Source: Balanoglossus misakiensis
Taxonomy: Eukaryota; Animalia; Hemichordata
DNA length: 64,000 bases
Assembly (NCBI GenBank): GCA_040954595.2
Contig: CM082591.2
Location: 9,999,309 to 10,063,308, forward strand
Direction of reading: 5' to 3'
The position numbers and the translations under genes were made by a program. This document shows positions 37,401 to 52,050 of the stretch, one piece after another (position 1 is the stretch's first letter; every line of letters starts with the position of its first letter). Under the pieces are notes generated by a model. That model saw only the letters and a list, made by a program, of their open reading frames with translations, ran no database searches and was not told the DNA's origin.

Positions 37401-40400
37401 GCCATGGTTTTTGCCTGCCCTGAAAGTTCTTGTCGTTGCAGAAGTGGTTTTGACAGAAAGAATTTAGTCTTCCGGGATGTTTGTGATTATTTGAACACCA
37501 GACAATACAATGCAACCTTGACTTCCAAAATACTTACCGGCATTGCATTATCTTACCATGGTTAGGCCTACAGTGAACAAATTTTCAACAATATTTTCTG
37601 AGTTACCGCTGATATTTGTTTTGTAGTATGGATATTAAATTATACATCCCGATACAAATCAGAATGTTATAGAATCCTTCCTGAGTGATATTGAAAAAAT
37701 TACCGGAATGCTACCGCCTAATCTATGGTTAGGGTTATTGCTATTATTTTATATCAGTAATCGACTTTGTGTATATCAATGTCATTTTCATAACGAAAAT
37801 GAACTCGAGTCTAATGTAAACGTTACGAATTGATCGAAAGGCGCTCTGATGAATGTTAACACGAGTGCGCAGTGACAAGACATGCATCGTGCGTGACAAT
37901 GACAACAGTTCCTATAGAGCAGTTAAAAAATAAACCGGCCGTCCGTAAATTTATCAGCTATATTTTTTTTTTATTTAGTCACGTTTTCCCTGTTGCATGC
38001 TATTAGTTCAGGGGCCAGTTTTAGCAGTGCTCTATTGATTACTTTCGTATCGATGGATTGATCTCTCGTCCAATCAGAATGGCGGATGGTAGCATGATCC
38101 GACATATTGCGTATTACAATAGGGCTTCCTCATACAGGTCAGAACGGAGAGGTCATTCCTTTTATTTTAGGACGTCTCAGCTCCTTTGTCTTTTCTGTTA
38201 TAGTGTTAAAGAAATCAAACGGTTTTGTTTTGGCCGGTAAACACCGATGAATTAACTCTTAAGTCCATCGTGCATCCAAACGCAGTCGAGTCGGTTTGGT
38301 CATTGTTTATGCGACAGTAAATGCCAAATGTGACAGAAGCATCATATTAAATGAGATAGAATACACAAACAAACAAACATACGAATAAACAAACAGGCAA
38401 ACAAACAAACAAACAACCATTAGGGACTGTTCAGAATTTACTTCCAAGTTGGGGATGGAGGATTTTTTATTTTCCTGGTGATTTTTTTCCATGGTCTCCC
38501 CTAGTATATTGTGGAGAAAATATGTGGTTCCTCCTTAAATTTCCTGGGGATTTTCCATGGTCCCCCTATTGTGACTTTTATGTCTAGTCTCCCCTAATTC
38601 GTCTTGGAGAAAATGGGTGGTCCCCCCCCCCTCTGAAAATTCTCCGCCCCCGGGAAGTAAATTCTGAACAGTCCCTTATTAAAGCCAACAGCTAGCACCC
38701 TGGCTTCTCTGCCAGAGGAGCGATAACATCGACAAAATGCAGATACACAAGAAATGAGCACTTTATTCCACAAGCGAAGTAGTCTGTTCCCTGCCCCATT
38801 CCCACCGCTGGCTGCGCCCTTTAGCGTAGCGCCGATGGCAGTGGGAATGGGGCAGGGGACCAGACTACAAGTGAAGAACCCCAGTAACAGACGTAACGAA
38901 CAAACAAACTACATGTACTAACAACAAAGCAAGAAAAGTGTCAAGCGTCGTCAAAGAAAACGAAAAAGTTCTAGCATGGTTGGTAAAAGTTATTGGTAGA
39001 AAACGAATAGGGCCTTCTACAAATGACGTCTCAGACCCGAAAACGCCACCAGAACACAAAACACATGCACAGAACAGTTTAAGCCGGTTGTTGTATGGAG
39101 CAGCAATAATCTGCGGTTGGGCCGTCGTAGATTTTCGCTGGTGGTGAAAATAAATAAAACACGATCGATGTTCGATTTATTCCAGATCACATGCGTTTAC
39201 GGCCAGGAGAGAGCATAAAAGTCTTCAAATGACCATGTGGTGGCGCACTTTTTCCGATTGGCTGTATTTCAATTTGTTCGTGGTAAATTAATGTTGTGGA
39301 GGTGACCGGCACTGAAGCTCTTAGCTAGGATGAGGTGGGATGGAAAAATGCCCCATTTTAGCTGTTTTAAAATATACGACTATTTATAGACAAAAGGAAA
39401 ATAAAACAAGCGCAAAAACATACCAAACCTAGTTTTATTAATTAAAAACAAAATTGCTGAGTAAAGGTTTTCATGTGGGCATTCACTTTGAACTTGCTAA
39501 ATTAATTTAAAGAGACAAAGTCGCTCTCTCTTTGTCCTTTTGCGATGATAGAATGCTTGCTTGAAGTCTCTCGTGCAATAAATGATGTCGATTCATACAT
39601 GTATGGCTGGTGTATAGGTGGTCGGAATTTACATGTCTTTGCCACGACCAAACCAACAACACGTAAAATCAAAGTTTGGGTCGTGAAATCGAGTTTTGTT
39701 ACAGTCTAGAATTTCATGCCACCCCTTATGGTCATATTATTCTTGGTAGGCAAAAGTGACAAGTAGTCAAGTTTCAACACAGGCAACATTTTTTACAAAC
39801 AAACCACAAAGAAGACATCAAAAGGGAGAGAATTATAGAATGGTCAATGTGTGAAAAGTTAAGATACGTAAAGTGGCCGGGTTCAACATTAACTCATCGA
39901 CTTCATATCGTCTTCATGCCATGGTTTTTGCCTGCCCTGAAAGTTCTTGTCGTTGCAGAAGTGGTTTTGACATAAAGAATTTAGTCTTCCGGGATGTTTG
40001 TGATTATTTGAACACCAGACAATACAATGCAACCTTGACTTCCAAAATACTTACCGGCATTGCATTATCTTACCATGGTTAGGCCTACAGTGAACAAATT
40101 TTCAACAATATTTTCTGAGTTACCGCTGATATTTGTTTTGTAGTATGGATATTAAATTATACATCCCGATACAAAACAGAATGTTATAGAATCCTTCCTG
40201 GGTGATATTGAAAAAATTACCGGAATGCTACCGCCTAATCTATGGTTAGGGTTATTGCTATTATTTTATATCAGTAATCGACTTTGTGTATATCAATGTC
40301 ATTTTAATAACGAAAATGAACTCGAGTCTAATGTAAACGTTACGAATTGATCGAAAGGCGCTCTGATGAATGTTAACACGAGTGCGCAGTGACAAGACAT

Positions 40401-43400
40401 GCATCGTGCATGACAGTGACAACAGTTCCTATAGAGCAGTTAAAAAAATAAACCGGCCGTCCGGAAATTTATCAGCTATATTTTTTTTTATTTAGTCACG
40501 TTTTCCCTGTTGCATGCTATTAGTTCAGGGGCCAGTTTTAGCAGTGCTCTATTGAGTACTTTCGTATCGATGGATTGATCTCTCGTCCAATCAGAATGGC
40601 GGATGGTAGCATGATCCGACATATTGCGTATTACAATAGGGCTTCCTCATACAGGTCAGAACGGAGAGGTCATTCCTTTTATTTTAGGACGTCTCAGCTC
40701 CTTTGTCTTTTCTGTTATAGTGTTTAAGAAATCAAACGGTTTTGTTTTGGCCGGTAAACACCGATGGATTAACTCTTAAGTCCATCGTGCATCCAAACGC
40801 AGTCGAGTCGGTTTGGTCATTGTTTATGCGACAGTAAATGCCAAATGTGACAGAAGCATCATATTAAATGAGATAGAATACACAAACAAACAAACATACG
40901 AATAAACAAACAGGCAAACAAACAAACAAACAACCATTAGGGACTGTTCAGAATTTACTTCCAAGATGGGGATGGAGGATTTTTTATTTTCCTGGTGATT
41001 TTTTTCCATGGTCTCCCCTAGTAAATTGTGGAGGAAATATGTGGTCCCTCCTTAAATTTCCTGGGGATTTTCCATGGTCCCCCTATTGTGACTTTTATGT
41101 CTAGTCTCCCCTAATTTGTCTTGGAGAAAATGGGTGGTCCCCCCCCCCTCTGAAAATTCTCCGCCCCCTGGAAGTAAATTCTGAACAGTCCCTTATTAAA
41201 GCCAACAGCTAGCACCCTGGCTTCTCTGCCAGAGGAGCGATAACATCGACAAAATGCAGATACACAAGAAATGAGCACTTTATTCCACAAGTGAAGTAGT
41301 CTGTTCCCTGCCCCATTCCCACCGCTGGCTGCGCCCTTTAGCGTAGCGCCGATGGCAGTGGGAATGGGGCAGGGGACCAGACTACAAGTGAAGAACCCCA
41401 GTAACAGACGTAGCGAACAAACAAACTACATGTACTAACAACAAAGCAAGAAAAGTGTCAAGCGTCGTCAAAGAAAACGAAAAAGTTCTAGCATGGTTGG
41501 TAAAAGTTATTGGTAGAAAACGAATAGGGCCTTCTACAAATGACGTCTCAGACCCGCAAACGCCACCAGAACACAAAACACATGCACAGAACAGTTTAAG
41601 CCGGTTGTTGTATGGAGCAGCAATAATCTGCGGTTGGGCCGTCGTAGATTTTCGCTGGTGGTGAAAATAAATAAAACACGATCGATGTTCGATTTATTCC
41701 AGATCACATGCGTTTACGGCCAGGAGAGAGCATAAGAGTCTTCAAATGACCATGTGGTGGCGCACTTTTTCCGATTGGCTGTATTTCAATTTGTTCGTGG
41801 TAAATTAATTTTGTGGAGGTGACCGGCACTGAAGCTCTTAGCTAGTATGAGGTGGGATGGAAAAATGCCCCATTTTAGCTGTTTTAAAATATACGACTAT
41901 TTATAGACAAAAGGAAAATAAATCAAGCGCAAAAACATACCAAACCTAGTTTTATTAATTAAAAACAAAATTGCTGAGTAAAGGTTTTCATGTGGGCATT
42001 CACTTTGAACTTGCTAAATTAATTTAAAGAGACAAAGTCGCTCTCTCTTTGTCCTTTTGCGATGATAGAATGCTTGCTTGAAGTCTCTCGTGCAATAAAT
42101 GATGTCGATTCATACATGTATGGATGGTGTATAGGTGGTCGGAATTTACATGTCTTTGCCACGACCAAACCAACAACACGTAAAATCAAAGTTTGGGTCA
42201 TGAAATCGAGTTTTGTTACAGTCTAGAATTTCATGCCACCCCTTATGGTCATATTATTCTTGGTAGGCAAAAGTGACAAGTAGTCAAGTTTCAACACAGG
42301 CAACATTTTTTACAAACAAACCACAAAGAAGACATCAAAAGGGAGAGACTTATAGAATGGTCAATGTGTGAAAAGTTAAGATACGTAAAGTGGCCGGGTT
42401 CAACATTAACTCATCGACTTCATATCGTCTTCATGCCATGGTTTTTGCCTGCCCTGAAAGTTCTTGTCGTTGCAGAAGTGGTTTTGACATAAAGAATTTA
42501 GTCTTCCGGGATGTTTGTGATTATTTGAACACCAGACAATACAATGCAACCTTGACTTCCAAAATACTTACCGGCATTGCATTATCTTACCATGGTTAGG
42601 CCTACAGTGAACACATTTTCAACAATATTTTCTGAGTTACCGCTGATATTTGTTTTGTAGTATGGATATTAAATTATACATCCCGATACAAAACAGAATG
42701 TTATAGAATCCTTCCTGAGTGATATTGAAAAAATTACCGGAATGCTACCGCCTAATCTATGGTTAGGGTTATTGCTATTATTTTATATCAGTAATCGACT
42801 TTGTGTATATCAATGTCATTTTCATAACGAAAATGAACTCGAGTCTAATGTAAACGTTACGAATTGATCGAAAGGCGCTCTGATGAATGTTAACACGAGT
42901 GCGCAGTGACAAGACATGCATCGCGCATGACAGTGACAACAGTTCCTATAGAGCAGTTAAAAAATAAACCGGCCGTCCGTAAATTTATCAGCTATATTTT
43001 TTTTTATTTAGTCACGTTTTCCCTGTTGCATGCTATTAGTTCAGGGGCCAGTTTTAGCAGTGCTCTATTGAGTACTTTCGTATCGATGGATTGATCTCTC
43101 GTCCAATCAGAATGGCGGATGGTAGCATGATCCGACATATTGCGTATTACAATAGGGCTTCCTCATACAGGTCAGAACGGATAGGTCATTCCTTTTATTT
43201 TAGGACGTCTCAGCTCCTTTGTCTTTTCTGTTATAGTGTTAAAGAAATCAAACGGTTTTGTTTTGGCCGGTAAACACCGATGGATTAACTCTTAAGTCCA
43301 TCGTGCATCCAAACGCAGTCGAGTCGGTTTGGTCATTGTTTATGCGACAGTAAATGCCAAATGTGACAGAAGCATCATATTAAATGGGATAGAATACACA

Positions 43401-46400
43401 AACAAACAAACATACGAATAAACAAACAGGCAAACAAACAAACAAACAACCATTAGGGACTGTTCAGAATTTACTTCCAAGTTGGGGATGGAGGATTTTT
43501 TATTTTCCTGGTGATTTTTTTCCATGGTCTCCCCTAGTAAATTGTGGAGGAAATATGTGGTCCCTCCTTAAATTTCATGGGGATTTTTCATGGTCCCCCC
43601 TATTGTGACTTTTATGTCTAGTCTCCCCTAATTTGTCTTGGAGAAAATGAGTGGTCCCCCCCCCCCTCTGAAAATTATCCGCCCCCCTGGAAGTAAATTC
43701 TGAACAGTCCCTTATTAAAGCCAACAGCTAGCACCCTGGCTTCTCTGCCAGAGGAGCGATAACATCGACAAAATGCAGATACACAAGAAATGAGCACTTT
43801 ATTCCACAAGTGAAGTAGTCTGTTCCCTGCCCCATTCCCACCGCTGGCTGCGCCCTTTAGCGTAGCGCCGATGGCAGTGGGAATGGGGCAGGGGACCAGA
43901 CTACAAGTGAAGAACCCCAGTAACAGACGTAACGAACAAACAAACTACATGTACTAACAACAAAGCAAGAAAAGTGTCAAGCGTCGTCAAAGAAAACGAA
44001 AAAGTTCTAGCATGGTTGGTAAAAGTTATTGGTAGAAAACGAATAGGGCCTTCTACAAATGACGTCTCAGACCCGCAAACGCCACCAGAACACAAAACAC
44101 ATGCACAGAACAGTTTAAGCCGGTTGTTGTATGGAGCAGCAATAATCTGCGGTTGGGCCGTCGTAGATTTTCGCTGGTGGTGAAAATAAATAAAACACGA
44201 TCGATGTTCGATTTATTTCAGATCACATGCGTTTACGGCCAGGAGAGAGCATAAAAGTCTTCAAATGACCATGTGGTGGCGCACTTTTTCCGATTGGCTG
44301 TATTTCAATTTGTTCGTGGTAAATTAATTTTGTGGAGGTGACCGGCACTGAAGCTCTTAGCTAGGATGAGGTGGGATGGAAAAATGCCCCATTTTAGCTG
44401 TTTTAAAATATACGACTATTTATAGACAAAAGGAAAATAAAACAAGCGCAAAAACATACCTAACCTAGTTTTATTAATTAAAAACAAAATTGCTGAGTAA
44501 AGGTTTTCATGTGGGCATTCACTTTGAACTTGCTAAATTAATTTAAAGAGACAAAGTCGCTCTCTCTTTGTCGTTTTGCGATGATAGAATGCTTGCTTGA
44601 AGTCTCTCGTGCATTAAATGATGTCGATTCATACATGTATGGATGGTGTATAGGTGGTCGGAATTTACATGTCTTTGCCACGACCAAACCAACAACACGT
44701 AAAATCAAAGTTTGGGTCATGAAATCGAGTTTTGTTACAGTCTAGAATTTCATGCCACCCCTTATGGTCATATTATTCTTGGTAGGCAAAAGTGACAAGT
44801 AGTCAAGTTTCAACACAGGCAACATTTTTTACAAACAAACCACAAAGAAGACATCAAAAGGGAGAGAATTATAGAATGGTCAATGTGTGAAAAGTTAAGA
44901 TACGTAAAGTGGCCGGGTTCAACATTAACTCATCGACTTCATATCGTCTTCATGCCATGGTTTTTGCGTGCCCTGAAAGTTCTTGTCGTTGCAGAAGTGG
45001 TTTTGACAGAAAGAATTTAGTCTTCCGGGATGTTTGTGATTATTTGAACACCAGACAATACAATGCAACCTTGACTTCCAAAATACTTACCGGCATTGCA
45101 TTATCTTACCATGGTTAGGCCTACAGTGAACAAATTTTCAACAATATTTTCTGAGTTACCGCTGATATTTGTTTTGTAGTATGGATATTAAATTATACAT
45201 CCCGATACAAAACAGAATGTTATAGAATCCTTCCTGAGTGATATTGAAAAAATTACCGGAATGCTACCGCCTAATCTATGGTTAGGGTTATTGCTATTAT
45301 TTTATATCAGTAATCGACTTTGTGTATATCAATGTCATTTTCATAACGAAAATGAACCCGAGTCTAATGTAAACGTTACGAATTGATCGAAAGGCGCTCT
45401 GATGAATGTTAACACGAGTGCGCAGTGACAAGACATGCATCGTGCATGACAGTGACAACAGTTCCTATAGAGCAGTTAAAAAATAAACCGGCCGTCCGTA
45501 AATTTATCAGCTATATTTTTTTTTATTTAGTCACGTTTTCCCTGTTGCATGCTATTAGTTCAGGGGCCAGTTTTAGCAGTGCTCTATTGAGTACTTTCGT
45601 ATCGATGGATTGATCTCTCGTCCAATAAGAATGGCGGATGGTAGCATGATCCGACATATTGCGTATTACAATAGGGCTTCCTCATACAGGTCAGAACGGA
45701 GAGGTCATTCCTTTTATTTTAGGACGTCTCAGCTCCTTTGTCTTTTCTGTTATAGTGTTAAAGAAATCAGACGGTTTTGTTTTGGCCGGTAAACACCGAT
45801 GGATTAACTCTTAAGTCCATCGTGCATCCAAACGCAGTCGAGTCGGTTTGGTCATTGTTTATGCGACAGTAAATGCCAAATGTGACAGAAGCATCATATT
45901 AAATGAGATAGAATACACAAACAAACAAACATACGAATAAACAAACAGGCAAACAAACAAACAAACAACCATTAGGGACTGTTCAGAATTGACTTCCAAG
46001 TTGGAGATGGAGGATTTTTTATTTTCCTGGTGATTTTTTTCCATGGTCTCCCCTAGTAAATTGTGGAGGAAATATGTGGTCCCTCCTAAAATTTCCTGGG
46101 GATTTTCCATGGTCCCCCTATTGTGACTTTTATGTCTAGTCTCCCCTAATTTGTCTTGGAGAAAATGGGTGGTCCCCCCCTCTGAAAATTCTCCGCCCCC
46201 TGGAAGTAAATTCTGAACAGTCCCTTATGAAAGCCAACAGCTAGCACCCCGGCTTCTCTGCCAGAGGAGCGATAACATCGACAAAATGCAGATACACAAG
46301 AAATGAGCACTTTATTCCACTAGTGAAGTAGTCTGTTCCCTGCCCCATTCCCACCGCTGGCTGCGCCCTTTAGCGTAGCGTCGATGGCAGTGGGAATGGG

Positions 46401-49400
46401 GCAGGGGACCAGACTACAAGTGAAGAACCCCAGTAACAGACGTAACGAACAAACAAACTACATGTACTAACAACAAAGCAAGAAAAGTGTCAAGCGTCGT
46501 CAAAGAAAACGAAAAAGTTCTAGCATGGTTGGTAAAAGTTATTGGTAGAAAACGAATAGGGCCTTCTACAAATGACGTCTCAGACCCGCAAACGCCACCA
46601 GAATACAAAACACATGCACAGAAAAGTTTAAGCCGGTTGTTGTATGGAGCAGCAATAATCTGCGGTTGGGCCGTCGTAGATTTTCGCTGGTGGTGAAAAT
46701 AAATAAAACACGATCGATGTTCGATTTATTCCAGATCACATGCGTTTACGGCCAGGAGAGAGCATAAAAGTCTTCAAATGACCATGTGGTGGCGCACTTT
46801 TTCCGATTGGCTGTATTTCAATTTGTTCGTGGTAAATTAATTTTGTGGAGGTGACCGGCACTGAAGCTCTTAGCTAGGATGAGGTGGGATGGAAAAATGC
46901 CCCATTTTAGCTGTTTTAAAATATACGACTATTTATAGACAAAAGGAAAATAAAACGAGCGCAAAAACATACCAAACCTAGTTTTATTAATTAAAAACAA
47001 AATTGCTGAGTAAAGGTTTTCATGTGGGCATTCACTTTGAACTTGCTAAATTAATTTAAAGAGACAAAGTCGCTCTCTCTTTGTCCTTTTGCGATGATAG
47101 AATGCTTGCTTGAAGTCTCTCGTGCAATAAATGATGTCGATTCATACATGTATGGATGGTGTATAGGTGGTCGGAATTTACATGTCTTTGCCACGACCAA
47201 ACCAACAACACGTAAAATCAAAGTTTGGGTCATGAAATCGAGTTTTGTTACAGTCTAGAATTTCATGCCACCCCTTATGGTCATATTATTCTTGGTAGGC
47301 AAAAGTGACAAGTAGTCAAGTTTCAACACAGGCAACATTTTTTACAAACAAACCACAAAGAAGACATCAAAAGGGAGAGAATTATAGAATGGTCAATGTG
47401 TGAAAAGTTAAGATACGTAAAGTGGCCGGGTTCAACATTAACTCATCGACTTCATATCGTCTTCATGCCATGGTTTTTGCCTGCCCTGAAAGTTCTTGTC
47501 GTTGCAGAAGTGGTTTTGACAGAAAGAATTTAGTCTTCCGGGATGTTTGTGATTATTTGAACACCAGACAATACAATGCAACCTTGACTTCCAAAATACT
47601 TACCGGCATTGCATTATCTTACCATGGTTAGGCCTACAGTGAACAAATTTTCAACAATATTTTCTGAGTTACCGCTGATATTTGTTTTGTAGTATGGATA
47701 TTAAATTATACATCCCGATACAAAACAGAATGTTATAGAATCCTTCCTGAGTGATATTGAAAAAATTACCGGAATGCTACCGCCTAATCTATGGTTAGGG
47801 TTATTGCTATTATTTTATATCAGTAATCGACTTTGTGTATATCAATGTCATTTTCATAACGAAAATGAACTCGAGTCTAATGTAAACGTTACGAATTGAT
47901 CGAAAGGCGCTCTGATGAATGTTAACACGAGTGCGCAGTGACAAGACATGCATCGTGCATGACAGTGACAACAGTTCCTATAGAGCAGTTAAAAAATAAA
48001 CCGGCCGTCCGTAAATTTATCAGCTATTTTTTTTTTATTTAGTCACGTTTTCCCTGTTGCATGCTATTAGTTCAGGGGCCAGTTTTAGCAGTGCTCTATT
48101 GAGTACTTTCGTATCGATGGATTGATCTCTCGTCCAATCAGAATGGCGGATGGTAGCATGATCCGACATATTGCGTATTACAATAGGGCTTCCTCATACA
48201 GGTCAGAACGGAGAGGTCATTCCTTTTATTTTAGGACGTCTCAGCTCCTTTGTCTTTTCTGTTATAGTGTTAAAGAAATCAAACGGTTTTGTTTTGGCCG
48301 GTAAACACCGATGGATTAACTCTTAAGTCCATCGTGCATCCAAACGCAGTCGAGTCGGTTTGGTCATTGTTTATGCGACAGTAAATGCCAAATGTGACAG
48401 AAGCATCATATTAAATGAGATAGAATACACAAACAAACAAACATACGAATAAACAAACAGGCAAACAAACAAACAAACAACCATTAGGGACTGTTCAGAA
48501 TTTACTTCCAAGTTGGGGATGGAGGATTTTTTATTTTCCTGGGGATTTTTTTCCATGGTCTCCCCTAGTAAATTGTGGAGGAAATATGTGGTCCCTCCTT
48601 AAATTTCCTGGGGATTTTCCATGGTCCCCCTATTGTGACTTTTATGTCTAGTCTCCCCTAATTTGTCTTGGAGAAAATGGGTGGTCCCCCCCCTTCTGAA
48701 AATTCTCCGCCCCCTGGAAGTAAATTCTGAACAGTCCCTTATTAAAGCCAACAGCTAGCACCCTGGCTTCTCTGCCAGAGGAGCGATAACATCGACAAAA
48801 TGCAGATACACAAGAAATGAGCACTTTATTCCACAAGTGAAGTAGTCTGTTCCCTGCCCCATTCCCACCGCTGGCTGCGCCCTTTAGCGTAGCGCCGATG
48901 GCAGTGGGAATGGGGCAGGGGACCAGACTACAAGTGAAGAACCCCAGTAACAGACGTAACGAACAAACAAACTACATGTACTAACAACAAAGCAAGAAAA
49001 GTGTCAAGCGTCGTCAAAGAAAACGAAAAAGTTCTAGCATGGTTGGTAAAAGTTATTGGTAGAAAACGAATAGGGCCTTCTACAAATGACGTCTCAGACC
49101 CGCAAACGCCACCAGAACACAAAACACATGCACAGAACAGTTTAAGCCGGTTGTTGTATGGAGCATCAATAATCTGCGGTTGGGCCGTCGTAGATTTTCG
49201 CTGGTGGTGAAAATAAATAAAACACGATCGATGTTCGATTTATTCCAGATCACATGCGTTTACGGCCAGGAGAGAGCATAAAAGTCTTCAAATGACCATG
49301 TGGTGGCGCACTTTTTCCGATTGGCTGTATTTCAATTTGTTCGTGGTAAATTAATTTTGTGGAGGTGACCGGCACTGAAGCTCTTAGCTAGGATGAGGTG

Positions 49401-50954
49401 GGATGGAAAAATGCCCCATTTTAGCTGTTTTAAAATATACGACTATTTATAGACAAAAGGAAAATAAAACAAGCGCAAAAACATACCAAACCTAGTTTTA
49501 TTAATTAAAAACAAAATTGCTGAGTAAAGGTTTTCATGTGGGCATTCACTTTGAACTTGCTAAATTAATTTAAAGAGACAAAGTCGCTCTCTCTTTGTCC
49601 TTTTGCGATGATAGAATGCTTGCTTGAAGTCTCTCGTGCAATAAATTATGTCGATTCATACATGTATGGATGGTGTATAGGTGGTCGGAATTTACATGTC
49701 TTTGCCACGACCAAACCAACAACACGTAAAATCAAAGTTTGGGTCATGAAATCGAGTTTTGTTACAGTCTGGAATTTCATGCCACCCCTTATGGTCATAT
49801 CATTCTTGGTAGGCAAAAGTGACAAGTAGTCAAGTTTCAACACAGGCAACATTTTTTACAAACAAACCACAAAGAAGACATCAAAAGGGAGAGAATTATA
49901 GAATGGTCAATGTGTGAAAAGTTAAGATACGTAAAGTGGCCGGGTTCAACATTAACTCATCGACTTCATATCGTCTTCATGCCATGGTTTTTGCCTGCCC
50001 TGAAAGTTCTTGTCGTTGCAGAAGTGGTTTTGACAGAAAGAATTTAGTCTTCCGGGATGTTTGTGATTATTTGAACACCAGACAATACAATGCAACCTTG
50101 ACTTCCAAAATACTTACCGGCATTGCATTATCTTACCATGGTTAGGCCTACAGTGAACAAATTTTCAACAATATTTTCTGAGTTACCGCTGATATTTGTT
50201 TTGTAGTATGGATATTAAATTATACATCCCTATACATAGCAGAATGTTATAGAATCCTTCCTGAGTGATATTGAAAAAAATTACCGGAATGCTACCGCCT
50301 AATCTATGGTTAGGGTTATTGCTATTATTTTATATCAGTAATCGACTTTGTGTATATCAATGTCATTTTCATAACGAAAATGAACTCGAGTCTAATGTAA
50401 ACGTTACGAATTGATCGAAAGGCGCTCTGATGAATGTTAACACGAGTGCGCAGTGACAAGACATGCATCGTGCATGACAGTGACAACAGTTCCTATAGAG
50501 CAGTTAAAAAATAAACCGGCCGTCCGTAAATTTATCAGCTATATTTTTTTTATTTATTCACGTTTTTCCTGTTGCATGCTATTAGTTCAGGGGCCAGTTT
50601 TAGCAGTGCTCTATTGAGTACTTTCGTATCGATGGATTGATCTCTCGTCCAATCAGAATGGCGGATGGTAGCATGATCCGACATATTGCGTATTACAATA
50701 GGGCTTCCTCATACAGGTCAGAACGGCGAGGTCATTCCTTTTATTTTAGGACGTCTCAGCTCCTTTGTCTTTTCTGTTATTTTTGACAAATGCGGATGAC
50801 GTTCCATTTCCAATTGGCGATAATTATATTTATTTGTATTTCATTGCATAAGCGCTTGCTAGTCGTTTTTTCGCAATTTTTTTGTAGTACAAAAACACTG
50901 AAGAAAACGAAATATTTTATTCATTCGCACTTCCAAAGAACACCGTGACAGAAT

Positions 50955-51122
50955 TCCTCAATTTGCATTTCAGTTTGTGTGTCTGGTGTGTCTGCATTGA
51001 CGTGAGGCGCATTCTCCACCCGCACACATACGTTGCATTGCATTCTTTGACTAATTAGTGTGACGTCATGTTGAAGCAGGATTCTGATTGAGTAGTAAGT
51101 AATTTGCATAATTGACGCACAG
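50955..51122 (+). promoter_or_regulatory. Candidate Pol II promoter/enhancer cluster
   Basis: Octamer ATTTGCAT at 50961 and 51102, CRE TGACGTCA at 51061, CRE-like TGACGTGA at 50998 and TGACGCA at 51113. A donor-like G|GTAAGC follows at 51237/8. Motif evidence only. Confidence 0.35.
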
Positions 51123-51237
51123 CTGGTGCCTCGTTCTCCTACCGCTGACCGTTGCATTTGAAAAATCATTGCAGCTTTGACGTTCATCAAGCATGGAGGC
51201 GACCGGGACCTCCATGCTTGATGATGTCGTTTCTCTG
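51123..51237 (+). other. Exon-like module E0 (115 nt) containing a perfect 16-bp hairpin
   Basis: TTGACGCACAG| ... CTG|GTAAGC. The upstream ~100 nt align with those upstream of E2. All three frames hit a stop in the 5' part. Confidence 0.45.
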
Positions 51238-51482
51238 GTAAGCATGGCATTTAATGTTATTTTACAAGTACATGTACACTCCTTCTAGCAAAAACTGGTC
51301 GTGGTAGGGCGAGAGGGTCCTCCCAACATCGAAATTCTGACTTAGGGAAGCGTTACAGCACCAAACAGTAAACTCACAGTCGCATGGAATTTGTGCGTTA
51401 TATTACACCGTGCGAGTAAATTGTACGTCGTTCGTTGGCTCGAGTCAGCTTTGTTATTGTGGAGCAGGTGGTACCGTAACAC

Positions 51483-51847
51483 CACAGGGGGCTCTCCCTA
51501 GGCGATGTTATTGTTTGTTTGTTGTTGTTGTTGATTGGCATAATAAACAAATACATATTTCTTTATTAATAAATATGGTTTGTTGACATGTAAGGGTTAG
51601 GTTATTAGGGTATATTTGACAGGTTATGGTATATTCAATGGTTAGGATTAGTGTTGGCATTTTTTCGATCCATGGCCGGCATCACCCCCCCCCCCCACCC
51701 CCCAACCCCCCCTGTGGCTTAGTGATGCCCGGGGCCGTGGATCAACAAACCATATTTATTAATAAAGAAATATGTATTTGTTTATTATGCCAATCAACAA
51801 CAACAAACAAACAAACAATAAAATCGCGGAGGGAGGAGCCCCCTGTG
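51483..51847. mobile_element. MITE with ~105-bp TIRs, P-superfamily-like
   Basis: Ends CACAGGGGGCTC / GAGCCCCCTGTG, long inverted arms, and 7-bp TSD GTAACAC at 51476-51482 and 51848-51854. Confidence 0.88.
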
Positions 51848-52050
51848 GTAACACACTACAGTATAACTTTTAAGGCAAAGCGATAGCGAATAAACTGACC
51901 AGGGTTGGTTTTGTTGTTGGGGAGATTTTTGGCACCATTGAGACTGTTATAAGCTACCAGTGTGAGCTATGGTATAGCCGTTAACACGCAGCCCTGCCAC
52001 GCAGAGCTTCTATGACTGGTTACTAACTTCTATGTCTATTTGATTCACAG

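Larger units (their letters stand above)
5073..50780. repeat. Macrosatellite: 17 full head-to-tail units of ~2512-2521 bp plus a 647-bp partial unit
   Basis: The anchor TACCATGGTTAGGCC recurs at 5073, 7590, 10111, 12629, 16339, 20049, 22566, 25078, 27595, 30111, 32626, 35041, 37554, 40071, 42588, 45107, 47620 and 50134. Units are near-identical. Units 4 and 5 are 3710 bp (insertion) and unit 11 is 2415 bp (deletion). The match ends at ...TTCTGTTAT 50780. Confidence 0.99.

Noticed and set aside
5073-50780. Recurring 60-99 aa ORFs in the array as genes
   Set aside because: No recognisable domains. Many start at GTG/TTG, cross MITEs or microsatellites, and are freely frameshifted between units.
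5073-50780. CRISPR-like array or retron-like pairing of the RT with the array
   Set aside because: The units are kilobase-sized without variable spacers. The RT is a eukaryotic DIRS-type enzyme inside its own element, and no shared sequence was seen.
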